Source of the DNA: an uncultured delta proteobacterium
GTDB lineage: Bacteria; Desulfobacterota; Desulfobacteria; Desulfobacterales; JAFDCJ01
Length of the DNA: 64,000 nt
Assembly (NCBI GenBank): GCA_963769935.1
Contig: CAVYNY010000033.1
Location: forward strand, 1 to 64,000
Direction: 5' to 3'
Positions 54,776 to 63,341 of this stretch are shown one piece after another; the stretch's first letter is position 1; each line of letters opens with the position of its first letter. Made by a program: the position numbers and the translations under genes. The notes beneath the pieces are model-generated. The model did no database searches, was not told where the DNA came from, and worked only from the letters and a program-made list of their open reading frames with translations.

Positions 54776-55168
54776 ATGGATATTGTAATTGACACATCTG
54801 CATTAATTTCGGTGATTGTCGGTGAGCCTGAACGTAAAAGGATCATCGAAGTTACAACAGGGAACACACTTATTGGACCTGGCTCTATTCCCTGGGAAAT
54901 TGGTAACGCCTTCTCAGCGATGTTCAAACAAAAAAGGTTGACCCTTGAGGAAGCTAAAAAGGGGTTTTCAATTTTTAAAAGCATCCCCCTCCGCTATATC
55001 GATCCAGATTTTGCTAATTCCTTAAAATTGTCTAAACAGGCTAATATTTATGCATACGATGCTTATTTTTTAGATTGTGCTATCAGACATAAGGCACCTT
55101 TATTGACGTTGGATCGAAAGTTGAAGGACTCTGCTCAAATTCTCAAAGTTGAAACTATGGAGGTTTAA
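54776..55168 (+). CDS. vapC: PIN-domain toxin (VapC family)
   Basis: IVIDTSAL, WEIGNA, YAYDAYFL, LLTLD. Confidence 0.9.
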   Translation: MDIVIDTSALISVIVGEPERKRIIEVTTGNTLIGPGSIPWEIGNAFSAMFKQKRLTLEEAKKGFSIFKSIPLRYIDPDFANSLKLSKQANIYAYDAYFLDCAIRHKAPLLTLDRKLKDSAQILKVETMEV

Positions 55169-55169
55169 A

Positions 55170-55388
55170 ATGCAAATTTACACATATTCAGAAGCCCGGC
55201 AAAAACTCGCTATGGTTCTTGAAAAAGCGGAAAGCACGGGGAAAGTACTAATCCGCAGAAAGGACGGTAGGACCTTTGCATTGGTTCCAGAAAAAATTTC
55301 TTCTTCTCCCTTAGACGTTCCAACCATTAAGGCGAATATTACAACACAAGAAATAGTGGATATTGTTAGAGAGGGAAGAGAAAGGTAG
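55170..55388 (+). CDS. Phd/YefM-type antitoxin
   Basis: YTYSEARQKLAMVLEKA..GKVLIRRKDG; immediately downstream of the toxin. Confidence 0.88.
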   Translation: MQIYTYSEARQKLAMVLEKAESTGKVLIRRKDGRTFALVPEKISSSPLDVPTIKANITTQEIVDIVREGRER

Positions 55389-55456
55389 AACGAGGGCATG
55401 CAGATGGATTTTGAAAAGCCAGCGCTTTTCAAAACCACTTATGCCCGGCATTAGCA
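55385..55456 (+). mobile_element. attC-like site (R' mutated to ATTAGCA)
   Basis: GTAGAAC-GAGGGCATG..TTTTGAAAAGC-CAGC-GCTTTTCAAAA..TATGCCC; GTAGAAC is the exact reverse complement of GTTCTAC at 54701. Confidence 0.65.
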
Positions 55457-55634
55457 CCATACTATTTATAAATTTCGTAAGGGATAAAATCTTTCGGCTA
55501 ATCGTTGACAAACCCTTAATTGAAACCTTCCCAGCTGATTTAAGATGGGTAGATTCATAAAAACTCACTGCTGCTCGCAGCCTGGAAGGGTTCAACTTTG
55601 GGGAGATCCGAATTTTTTAAAGGAATTAGTCGAC

Positions 55635-56465
55635 TTGAAAAAGCAAAAATCCTCCATCAAGAACGACAAAGTTCACAGCCCGCACCTGGTCGAGCGAAAT
55701 GTCACGTCCTGGGAAGACTTTGTCCGGCTCGTTTCCGTTAAGCCCCTCAGAGATTGGGCTTTTCGCGGACAAAGCGAGGCCGGATGGCAGCTGTGGCCCA
55801 AGATCAGCCGCGAGCTCCGCAACCGGCGGGTAGCGCCCCGATACTGGAAGGAACAGGAGCACAGACTCATCTGGATTTTCCAGCGCAAGGCGATTCACTT
55901 TCTGGACAAAGTTCCCGATGTCGGAGACACACCGCAGTGGATGGCACTCATGCAGCACCATGGTGCTCCGACACGCCTGCTGGACTTTACCTGGTCCCCC
56001 TATGTAGCCGCTTTTTTTGCTCTCGAATCCAGCGTTTCAGACGCTGCCGTCTGGGCCATCAACGCCCCGCAGATCGGCACATTCGCTTACGGGCCTCACT
56101 TCAAGATCGCCCAGCGGCCGCCAAGTCCGGAACAGGCACTCAGCGAAGTTGGAATTAAGGAATTGGATGCCGTCGCCATCGGAGAACCCTATTTCAAAAA
56201 CCGGCGTGTTATTGCCCAATCCGGAACCTTCGCCTTCCCCTTTGACATTAAACGGCCCATCGACGCGATACTTTCAAGATCCGAAGGCGTCATAGAAAAG
56301 TTAGTGCTTCGCGGACCGGGACTCCGCAAAAAGGGTCTCGGCGAACTTTATCGGATGAATATCACCTACGCCACACTCTTTCCTGATCTGGACGGCCTCG
56401 CCCGTTCGCTTGCTTTCGAACTGGAGCACCATTATGCTTTCGATCCTACAGAGAAGGAGACCTAG
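55635..56465 (+). CDS. FRG domain protein
   Basis: WAFRGQS, MQHHGAPTRLLDFT..VAAFFA, NRRVIAQSG.F, LFPDLDG; probable TTG start after AAGGA. Confidence 0.88.
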   Translation: MKKQKSSIKNDKVHSPHLVERNVTSWEDFVRLVSVKPLRDWAFRGQSEAGWQLWPKISRELRNRRVAPRYWKEQEHRLIWIFQRKAIHFLDKVPDVGDTPQWMALMQHHGAPTRLLDFTWSPYVAAFFALESSVSDAAVWAINAPQIGTFAYGPHFKIAQRPPSPEQALSEVGIKELDAVAIGEPYFKNRRVIAQSGTFAFPFDIKRPIDAILSRSEGVIEKLVLRGPGLRKKGLGELYRMNITYATLFPDLDGLARSLAFELEHHYAFDPTEKET

Positions 56466-56678
56466 AAAAGCCGTGAGATAATTGGGAGACAAAAGAGAAG
56501 GAGGAAGCCTGCCTCAACCTGCCGGAGCCAAATGGTGGCACGAAATTATTAGAGTCTTAATTTGTCCTTTTTAGTTCCGGCTTGTCCGGGTTAAGGCAGA
56601 TTCCGTGAAGCTCAATGATAATAGCTACTGGCTCCGGGGATGCGCGATGATAAAGGCGTCGGCGGCGGGAGAAGAAAA

Positions 56679-57167
56679 ATGATTCGTCAGTGTCAGGAAT
56701 CGGATTTCAATACCATACTCGAGATCATTAATGATGCAGCCCAGGCGTACAAGGACGTCATACCCGCCGACCGGTGGCATGTGCCTTACATGTCTTTGGA
56801 AGAGCTTCGTCATGAAATTGAAGACAATGTGGTTTTCTGGGGCTTTGAGCTGGAAGGCGACCTGGCGGGTGTGATGGGCATTCAGGATAAAGGCGATGTC
56901 ACCCTGATTCGACATGCGTATGTTCGGACGCGCATGCGGCAGCAGGGTATCGGCGCCAGGCTGCTCAATCACCTGGAAAGCACGACCCGCAAACCGATCC
57001 TGATAGGAACCTGGAAGGCGGCAACCTGGGCAATCTCATTTTATGAAAAGAACGGCTACACGTCCGTTTCGGAAATAGAAAAGAATCGGCTTCTGCGCAG
57101 GTATTGGTCTATTCCCGAGCGGCAGATCGAAACTTCCGTTGTCCTGGTGAAGAAAGAAAACGCGTGA
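56679..57167 (+). CDS. GNAT family acetyltransferase
   Basis: AYVRTRMRQQGIGARLL, AISFYEKNGY. Confidence 0.9.
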   Translation: MIRQCQESDFNTILEIINDAAQAYKDVIPADRWHVPYMSLEELRHEIEDNVVFWGFELEGDLAGVMGIQDKGDVTLIRHAYVRTRMRQQGIGARLLNHLESTTRKPILIGTWKAATWAISFYEKNGYTSVSEIEKNRLLRRYWSIPERQIETSVVLVKKENA

Positions 57168-57184
57168 TAGAAAGAAGTAGCTCC

Positions 57185-57921
57185 TGCAGGGGCAGTTTTT
57201 AAACACAGATTCCGTGATACAAATGCCTAAATTGCCTGAAATGTCTAAAATGCCTAAAATTAAGCCTTGCCGGAGAGGAATATGAACATTATTGAATCTC
57301 CCTCATCCCATTTCCGACAGGGGCGGCGGTCGGATATCGATACGATTGTTGTTCATTATATCAGTGCGGTTGATATCAGCCCGGACGATCCGTTTAATCT
57401 GGAACAAATTTTGGACTTGCTGCGAAAACCCATCGAATATGCAGCGGATGGCGGACAGCTCAAATCGGTGAGAGTTTCTGCGCATTATCTGATTACCAGG
57501 CAGGGTGATATTCACAAACTTGTCGATGAACAAAATGTGGCCTGGCATGCTGGCCTTAGTTCTCTCAGGGGGCGTCAGATAGGCAACAGCTGCAATGAAT
57601 TCAGCATTGGAATCGAACTGATGGGCGGGAAGAATTTTGACTACACCGATGAAGAATACCAGGCCTTGATTGAATTAATCCGGGATATTCGAACCCGGTA
57701 TAAAATAGCCGAAGAAAATATTGTGGGCCATGATTTTATCGCGCCGGGCAGAAAAGAAGATCCCGGGCCGCATTTCGATTGGGACAAGGTTCTGGCAGGG
57801 GTTTGAGTGAAGAGCCTTCTTCTGAGACCGAGTTTGGAAGGAGTGGCCTTTGCAGGGGCAGTTATTATATAAAGATCCCATGATACCAATGCCTAAATTG
57901 CCTAAAATGCCTAAAATTAAG
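57185..57921 (+). repeat. ~75-bp direct repeats flanking the amidase (57185-57264 and 57851-57921)
   Basis: Both read TGCAGGGGCAGTT...AGAT.CC.TGATAC.AATGCCTAAATTGCCT..AAATGCCTAAAATTAAG. Confidence 0.75.
57282..57806 (+). CDS. N-acetylmuramoyl-L-alanine amidase (Amidase_2/AmpD-like)
   Basis: IVVHY, VSAHYLI, AWHAG, NEFSIGIEL, IVGH..IAPGRKEDPG..FDW. Confidence 0.92.
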   Translation: MNIIESPSSHFRQGRRSDIDTIVVHYISAVDISPDDPFNLEQILDLLRKPIEYAADGGQLKSVRVSAHYLITRQGDIHKLVDEQNVAWHAGLSSLRGRQIGNSCNEFSIGIELMGGKNFDYTDEEYQALIELIRDIRTRYKIAEENIVGHDFIAPGRKEDPGPHFDWDKVLAGV

Positions 57922-58085
57922 GTATTCTGTCTATTTGAAGCGATAGTCCACAGGCGGGTTTGCTCATTCTTGTCCGCCAGTTTTTAGGCGGGTTAGTCAT
58001 TTTCAATTTTCGTACATTCATAAAAATAAAATACAACCACTTAATTACCACCGACAACAAATTATCGATGGTGATTGAAAAACAT

Positions 58086-58787
58086 CTAAGAACCTGATTT
58101 CCTGATGTCTGCTTTCCTTTCTCTTCGATTCGAACTTTTTCTACGGTCGCTGCGCAACCTTCTATCAAACTTTACCCCGATTCCGTTGGGGCTCAAACGC
58201 ACCACCCACCCCTTTATATTGACATCTTTACACGATTGATCCCCTTGAATATAAAGATTGATCATTTGTCCCAGAGACATTTTGGTTTTGGTCTGGATAA
58301 ATGCGCCGCCGCGGCTGATATCAGTTACCAACCCCTTGTATTCGGTGTCTTTTGTGATGAATACAATCTCTTTGCGGTAAAGTTCCCTCAGGTGCGCGCG
58401 GGGTTCGTTTTTAAATTTTGCGTGATTGTCCTGGATATTCTGTCCGATCAATTTGCTTTTATCTATGGATTTAACAAGAGGATTGACGGACTCCTGAAAC
58501 TTTGCGCCATAGCCGTATCGGTAGGCAGAATTCTGTAGATTTTGGCGCCATTTTATTTCAACCCGGCTGCAATCTTCAGAATTGATGCCGGTGAGCCCGG
58601 GGTTCTTATGGGCTATATAAATTTCCTCGCCCTCATAGAGGGTTTGGTCGGATTCAAAATAAAGCCCGCTCCTGCTGATATTAAAAATTCTCGCCGCATA
58701 AAAACGGTCAGGCAATACATTGTCATGCCAGATAACCGCCTCGTATTTGAGACGCTTTTTTTCTCTTTGATCGTTTTTGATTTCCAC
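58086..58787 (-). CDS. Tandem PilZ domain protein
   Basis: QREKKR..NISRSG and PRAHLR..DISRGG (RxxxR plus D/NxSxxG, twice). Confidence 0.85.
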   Translation of the reverse strand: MEIKNDQREKKRLKYEAVIWHDNVLPDRFYAARIFNISRSGLYFESDQTLYEGEEIYIAHKNPGLTGINSEDCSRVEIKWRQNLQNSAYRYGYGAKFQESVNPLVKSIDKSKLIGQNIQDNHAKFKNEPRAHLRELYRKEIVFITKDTEYKGLVTDISRGGAFIQTKTKMSLGQMINLYIQGDQSCKDVNIKGWVVRLSPNGIGVKFDRRLRSDRRKSSNRRERKADIRKSGS

Positions 58788-58856
58788 GATTGCCTCAACT
58801 GTCCGCAGTTCGCTGCGGCCATCCGGAGAGTGTATGCCAGACCAGCAAACCGTCGC

Positions 58857-59519
58857 TCACCCGGGCTGTTTTGCAGGAAAGGTCCCGCTAAGCTCGTTTT
58901 TTCGCAAGCGATCCAATTCACTTTTGCCAAGCTTAAATATTTCTATGATCGAAGCATCTACCGTGCGAACAACTTCAGGCTTCGCTCCTGCCCGGGGCGG
59001 CGCTTTCTGGGCCCTGATCTTGCGCAGTTTCCTGAGATTATTTTCCGAGAGCAGTTCAAATCCGGGCGGCGCGTTTAGTATCGCGTTCAATAACAGTTGA
59101 TTGCCGCCTTTTAAAAGGGACGCGCCAAAATGGGACAAAATCTGGGCTTCAGTCATTCCAAAGAGCCGGTCTCGAATCTCCCTTTCACGCATGAATTGCA
59201 ATATCGGGTTTTCATCCCGTTCATAAGGTTGCGACACCGCTTCGTCTGACGCCTCAGTCAGAGTTGAATAGTTGCTTTTATCTTTTAAAACTTCAAGTTT
59301 GCGCCCTGCCTTTTCCAGGACCTCTCTTCTGGCATTGCTTTTGGCGTCGGCGTTCAGCTTGGCATTCCCCTTTATGCGGTCCATTTCCTGGTTGAGCAAA
59401 TCGTTAAGATTTTCAATGCTGACGCAAACTTTTTCAATAACGTCCGCCGATTCAACCGGCAGGCGCCGCTGGGCATCCCTTAAAATTTGATTGGCCCTTG
59501 ATATGACAGCCTTTAACAT
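58857..59519 (-). CDS. Hypothetical helical protein
   Basis: 220-codon ORF with plausible composition; no motif recognised. Confidence 0.55.
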   Translation of the reverse strand: MLKAVISRANQILRDAQRRLPVESADVIEKVCVSIENLNDLLNQEMDRIKGNAKLNADAKSNARREVLEKAGRKLEVLKDKSNYSTLTEASDEAVSQPYERDENPILQFMREREIRDRLFGMTEAQILSHFGASLLKGGNQLLLNAILNAPPGFELLSENNLRKLRKIRAQKAPPRAGAKPEVVRTVDASIIEIFKLGKSELDRLRKNELSGTFPAKQPG

Positions 59520-59696
59520 GGTCCCGGATCCTCTTGCTGAAGATCAAATGAATAACATTGGCAACATTAGAACTGAATATATCGATTATCGGCAATTATT
59601 CACAAAACTTAATACAAACTTGCAATATTTAATCCGGGTCTTAATCTGAAATAATTGCATTCTGAAAATTCAGATTCAAACAAAGGAGAAGCTAAA

Positions 59697-60017
59697 ATGA
59701 CAGAGCCCATTCGAATATCGGCAGAGGAAGCCCGTCAAAAAGTAAGTGCCGGGTCGGCCCTGCTTGTCTGTGCCTATGCGGATGCAGAAAAATTTAAAAA
59801 AAATCATCTGCAGGGCGCAATTTCACTGGACGATTTCAAGGCCCAACTCCCATCATTAAAAAAAGAACAGGAGATCATATTTTACTGAGGGTGAGACAAG
59901 GATGTAAGTGCTGTCGGTCAGGCAGAAAAACTATTAAAGGACGGATACCTAAATGTCGTGGCTCTGAGGGGCGGCGTCGCCGCCTGGAAAAATGCGGGGT
60001 ATCCGCTGGTAGGATAA
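59697..60017 (+). CDS. Rhodanese-like protein with two in-frame TGA codons (candidate double selenoprotein)
   Basis: AAGGAG RBS; ..HLQGAISL..EIIFY-TGA-G-TGA-DKDVSAVGQAEKLLKDGYLNVVALRGGVAAWKNAGYPLVG* in a single frame. Confidence 0.8.
59911..59925 (+). promoter_or_regulatory. Bacterial SECIS-like hairpin
   Basis: CTGTC-GGTCA-GGCAG; the loop starts 21 nt after the second TGA and has a GGT(C) apex like the E. coli fdhF SECIS. Confidence 0.6.
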
Positions 60018-60308
60018 ACTGTTGTGCCGAACATGGGGGCAAAACTTCAGTTAGGAGCTTCGCCCGGGAGGGAAGCTACTTGGGATTTGTATATGACCAG
60101 GAAAATGTGTTATGGCCATTTAAAACCCACCATTCCAACATTCCACCATTCTATTCCGGGTCAAAGGCAAACTCCGCCCCTGCGCGGTGAAGTCCTTCCT
60201 ATATCCAGAATCAAGTATCGAGCATCCAGCGTCGACCGAATAAGAACGCCGGTCTTGCGCTCACCCCTTCTTAAATATTTATGCGGGCTTATGCAACTTC
60301 AAGATCAA

Positions 60309-60848
60309 CTATATTTTGCGGCTGAGAATAAAATCGTTTTGAACATCCCTGCCGACGATAAATTTTTGCCAACCGACGGCTTTAAACTGCCATCGTTTAT
60401 AAAATGCGTTCGCGCGATGGTTTAACTCCCAGGAACTCAGCCAGATCGATTGATAACCGCGGGATCGTGATTGATCGATACTGATTTGCATTAAGGCATC
60501 ACCCACCGCCCGGCCGTAATACTGTTTTCGAAGATAAAGTCGAACCAGCTGGATCGCCCCTTTCTCCTTTATGCAGTCCGGTGTGCTACTCGGGTAGGAA
60601 TAGGCATAACCGGCGGGAACAGAATCAATTTCAGCGATAAAGAACAACGAGCGTTCATCTTTTATCTGGTTTTGGATTTGCGTCTTGGTAAAGGCGGATT
60701 TCAGATAGTCCGCCATATCATCCGAGGCCATAACTTCGGAAAAGGCCTCCTTAAACGCTTTTATTCCAAATTTCGTGAGCAGATCTGCATCTGAGGCCGT
60801 CGCCGGTCTTACGGTACCATCAAATTTTTTTCCAACTTTTCTGGCCAT
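60309..60848 (-). CDS. GNAT acetyltransferase (PaiA-like)
   Basis: LVRLYLRKQYYGRAVGDALM, IWLSSWELNHRANAFYKRWQF. Confidence 0.88.
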   Translation of the reverse strand: MARKVGKKFDGTVRPATASDADLLTKFGIKAFKEAFSEVMASDDMADYLKSAFTKTQIQNQIKDERSLFFIAEIDSVPAGYAYSYPSSTPDCIKEKGAIQLVRLYLRKQYYGRAVGDALMQISIDQSRSRGYQSIWLSSWELNHRANAFYKRWQFKAVGWQKFIVGRDVQNDFILSRKI

Positions 60849-60870
60849 ACTTAGTGAAGTTTCTTGAATG

Positions 60871-61275
60871 TTATATTGCCGGAACATGATTGGTCGTCAC
60901 TTCCGCCAGGAGCTTGCCCTTGTCGCCTGTGACCAGAGTCCTGACCACCGACACCCGCTTGCCCTGGCGGACAAAACGAGCCTCGGCCCGAATCTCTCCG
61001 CCGCGCTGGTTGCCGAGCAGATTGGCGTTTAAATTAATGGCCAGTGGAAATCCCTGGCCTTTCTCACCGATTTGGGTGCTGCCGATGGCGAGCACCGTGG
61101 CGGTAACATCGGCCAGCCAGAGCATGGCACCGGCGTGAATGGTGCCAAAGGGATTGAGAGCCCCTTTGGATATCGGCATTCGGCTGACCACACAATCCTC
61201 GCTGCGCTCTTCGATAAAAAATTCGATCTCGCCGGTACGTCTGGCTTCTTTGATATCTTCGTGGATGTCATTCAT
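60871..61275 (-). CDS. PaaI family thioesterase
   Basis: NPFGTIHAGAMLWLAD, hotdog-fold strands. Confidence 0.9.
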   Translation of the reverse strand: MNDIHEDIKEARRTGEIEFFIEERSEDCVVSRMPISKGALNPFGTIHAGAMLWLADVTATVLAIGSTQIGEKGQGFPLAINLNANLLGNQRGGEIRAEARFVRQGKRVSVVRTLVTGDKGKLLAEVTTNHVPAI

Positions 61276-61295
61276 TTTAAAATTTCTCCGTATTT

Positions 61296-62246
61296 TTATA
61301 ACACTGTTTTCAAGGTTTCAAGGCTGATATTGGCGCCGCACAGAACAACGACCACATTTTTGCCGGCCAAACGACGGCCCATTTTGACGCAGGCGGCTAT
61401 GGCCACGGCGGCCGCCCCCTCAATCAGCATGTGATGAATTTCTAAGAATCGCCGCAGACTGGCTTTGATTTCATCTTCCGTGACGACTTCATAATCATCC
61501 ACCAGGTCCCGGCATAAATCAAACGTGACGGAGCCCGGTTCCACGCCGCCGGCGGTGCCGTCCGAAATTGTCGGCTGAGACGGCAAATCCAGTATTTTTC
61601 CGGCCCGTATTGATTGAATCATTACCTGGGAATTTTGCGGGGAGCAGCCGATAATTGCAGCAGCCGGATGAATTGATTTGAGATACCCGGCAATACCTGA
61701 AATCAGTCCACCGCCGCCCAGGGCGACGAAAACCGCATCGATCCGGTCCAGCTGCCGGGCCAGTTCGACGGCGATGGTGCCCTGGCCGGCGATGACCTGC
61801 AGATCATTGTAAGGCGGGATATAGGTCAACCCATGATCAAGGGCATACCGGCGGGCATGGGCTTCGGTAACGGCCGTATCGTCGCCGAAACAGCGGACCT
61901 CGGCCCCCAGCCTTTCGATCGCCTGAACCTTGGCGGCGGAAGCGTTATCCGGCACGAACACGATACCGGTGCCGCCGAGTTTCGCGAGACTGAAAGCCGT
62001 CGCAGCGCCATGATTGCCGGTTGAGGCGGTCACGACACCCCGTTCCCGCTCGGACGCGGTCAGGGACAGCACCTTATTCATCGCACCCCTGGCCTTAAAC
62101 GACCCGGTATGCTGCAGGTTCTCGAGCTTGAAGTAAATGTCGGCCCCGGCAAGTGCGCTGTAATAGGGGGAATAATCAAGCCGCGTTTCGCGAATATGGG
62201 GACGGATTCGTTTTTCGGCTGCTATGATTTCTTGCGTGATATCCAT
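61296..62246 (-). CDS. PLP-dependent threonine/serine dehydratase family enzyme
   Basis: KLENLQHTGSFKARGA, ASTGNHG, GGGGLISG, CGAN. Confidence 0.92.
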   Translation of the reverse strand: MDITQEIIAAEKRIRPHIRETRLDYSPYYSALAGADIYFKLENLQHTGSFKARGAMNKVLSLTASERERGVVTASTGNHGAATAFSLAKLGGTGIVFVPDNASAAKVQAIERLGAEVRCFGDDTAVTEAHARRYALDHGLTYIPPYNDLQVIAGQGTIAVELARQLDRIDAVFVALGGGGLISGIAGYLKSIHPAAAIIGCSPQNSQVMIQSIRAGKILDLPSQPTISDGTAGGVEPGSVTFDLCRDLVDDYEVVTEDEIKASLRRFLEIHHMLIEGAAAVAIAACVKMGRRLAGKNVVVVLCGANISLETLKTVL

Positions 62247-62397
62247 GTTTTTAGTTTATTGGGTTGATTGGGTTGATTGAGTTGATTAAGCTTATTTAGT
62301 TGAGAGGGTTGACTATGTTGATTGGTTGATTAAGTGCGGTGGAGTTAAATGCCGAACTATAAATAGTACTGACACTCAACCACTCAAACCGCTCAAC

Positions 62398-63318
62398 TCA
62401 ATCAACATAGTCAACTAAATATTCGACAGGCGTCGTCCAGCGCTCCTCGTCATGCGCCTCCCAATAGCGTTTCTGAATCAGAGTGGTGATTTTGCCGGGT
62501 TTGCCGTCACCGATGACTTTGCCGTTGACGGTGGTTACCGGCATTACACCGCCGGCGGTGCTGGTGATGAAAACTTCTTCAGCCTTCTCCACCACACTGG
62601 CGCTGAACATGGTCTGTTTTACCGCAATGTTCTGCTCTGCGGCCAATTCGAGGACTGTCTGGCGCGTAATACCCTTCAGCACACCCCTGGCGGGTGTCAA
62701 CAGCGTATCTTCGTGGTATACATAAATATTGAATCCCGGGCCTTCGGTGATATTCCCCTCGGCATCGGGTAGAACGGCCGTGTAGCCGCCCCGGTCATAA
62801 GCTTCATAAACTCCGCGTATCAGGTCGCCCCAGTGAAAGTTTTTAACCGTGGGATCGACGGCTTCGGACGGTATTCGAATGGTCTTTTCAGCAATCACCA
62901 GATGGATCCCGACCTTCTGGTTGTCCGGACTGACGATCCAACTATAAGGCGTGGCGTAAGCATAAAAGAGGTTGCGAAAACGCCGGGGGTCGCGCACGCC
63001 GTCTTCGTCGACCCCGCGCGACAGGATCATTTTGACATAGGCATTGCGCAGGCCGGAGCGGCGAACGCATTCGAACAGGATTGACCGCATCTCTTCGGTC
63101 GTTAATGCGGGTGTCATCCGCAGCCGTCTCCAACCGTTTTCGAAGCGGTTCAGATGATCATCGAGACGGAAAAATTTTCCATTCCAGACCGCAACCACGT
63201 CGTAGGTCAGGTCTGAGCGTGTGAATCCTGTATCAAGGATGGGGATGCTTGCCTCGGCGATCGGAAAATATTTTCCGTCGATATAGGCGCAACCATTCTT
63301 AAACGAGCTTGTCTGCAT
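62398..63318 (-). CDS. Fold-type IV aminotransferase, (R)-amine transaminase-like
   Basis: GFTRSDLTYDV, FFRLDDHL.R, DPTVKNFHWGDL, TEGPGFN, GVLKGITR, TSTAGG. Confidence 0.88.
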   Translation of the reverse strand: MQTSSFKNGCAYIDGKYFPIAEASIPILDTGFTRSDLTYDVVAVWNGKFFRLDDHLNRFENGWRRLRMTPALTTEEMRSILFECVRRSGLRNAYVKMILSRGVDEDGVRDPRRFRNLFYAYATPYSWIVSPDNQKVGIHLVIAEKTIRIPSEAVDPTVKNFHWGDLIRGVYEAYDRGGYTAVLPDAEGNITEGPGFNIYVYHEDTLLTPARGVLKGITRQTVLELAAEQNIAVKQTMFSASVVEKAEEVFITSTAGGVMPVTTVNGKVIGDGKPGKITTLIQKRYWEAHDEERWTTPVEYLVDYVD

Positions 63319-63341
63319 GGTGAACTCCTATTTATGCAACA

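Noticed and set aside
59891..60190. 99-aa ORF with Cys residues after the rhodanese N-terminal half
   Set aside because: Out-of-frame overlap with the real rhodanese C-terminus, which has clear family motifs.
17560..62400. CRISPR array among the repeats
   Set aside because: No constant-length repeat with unique spacers and no cas genes.
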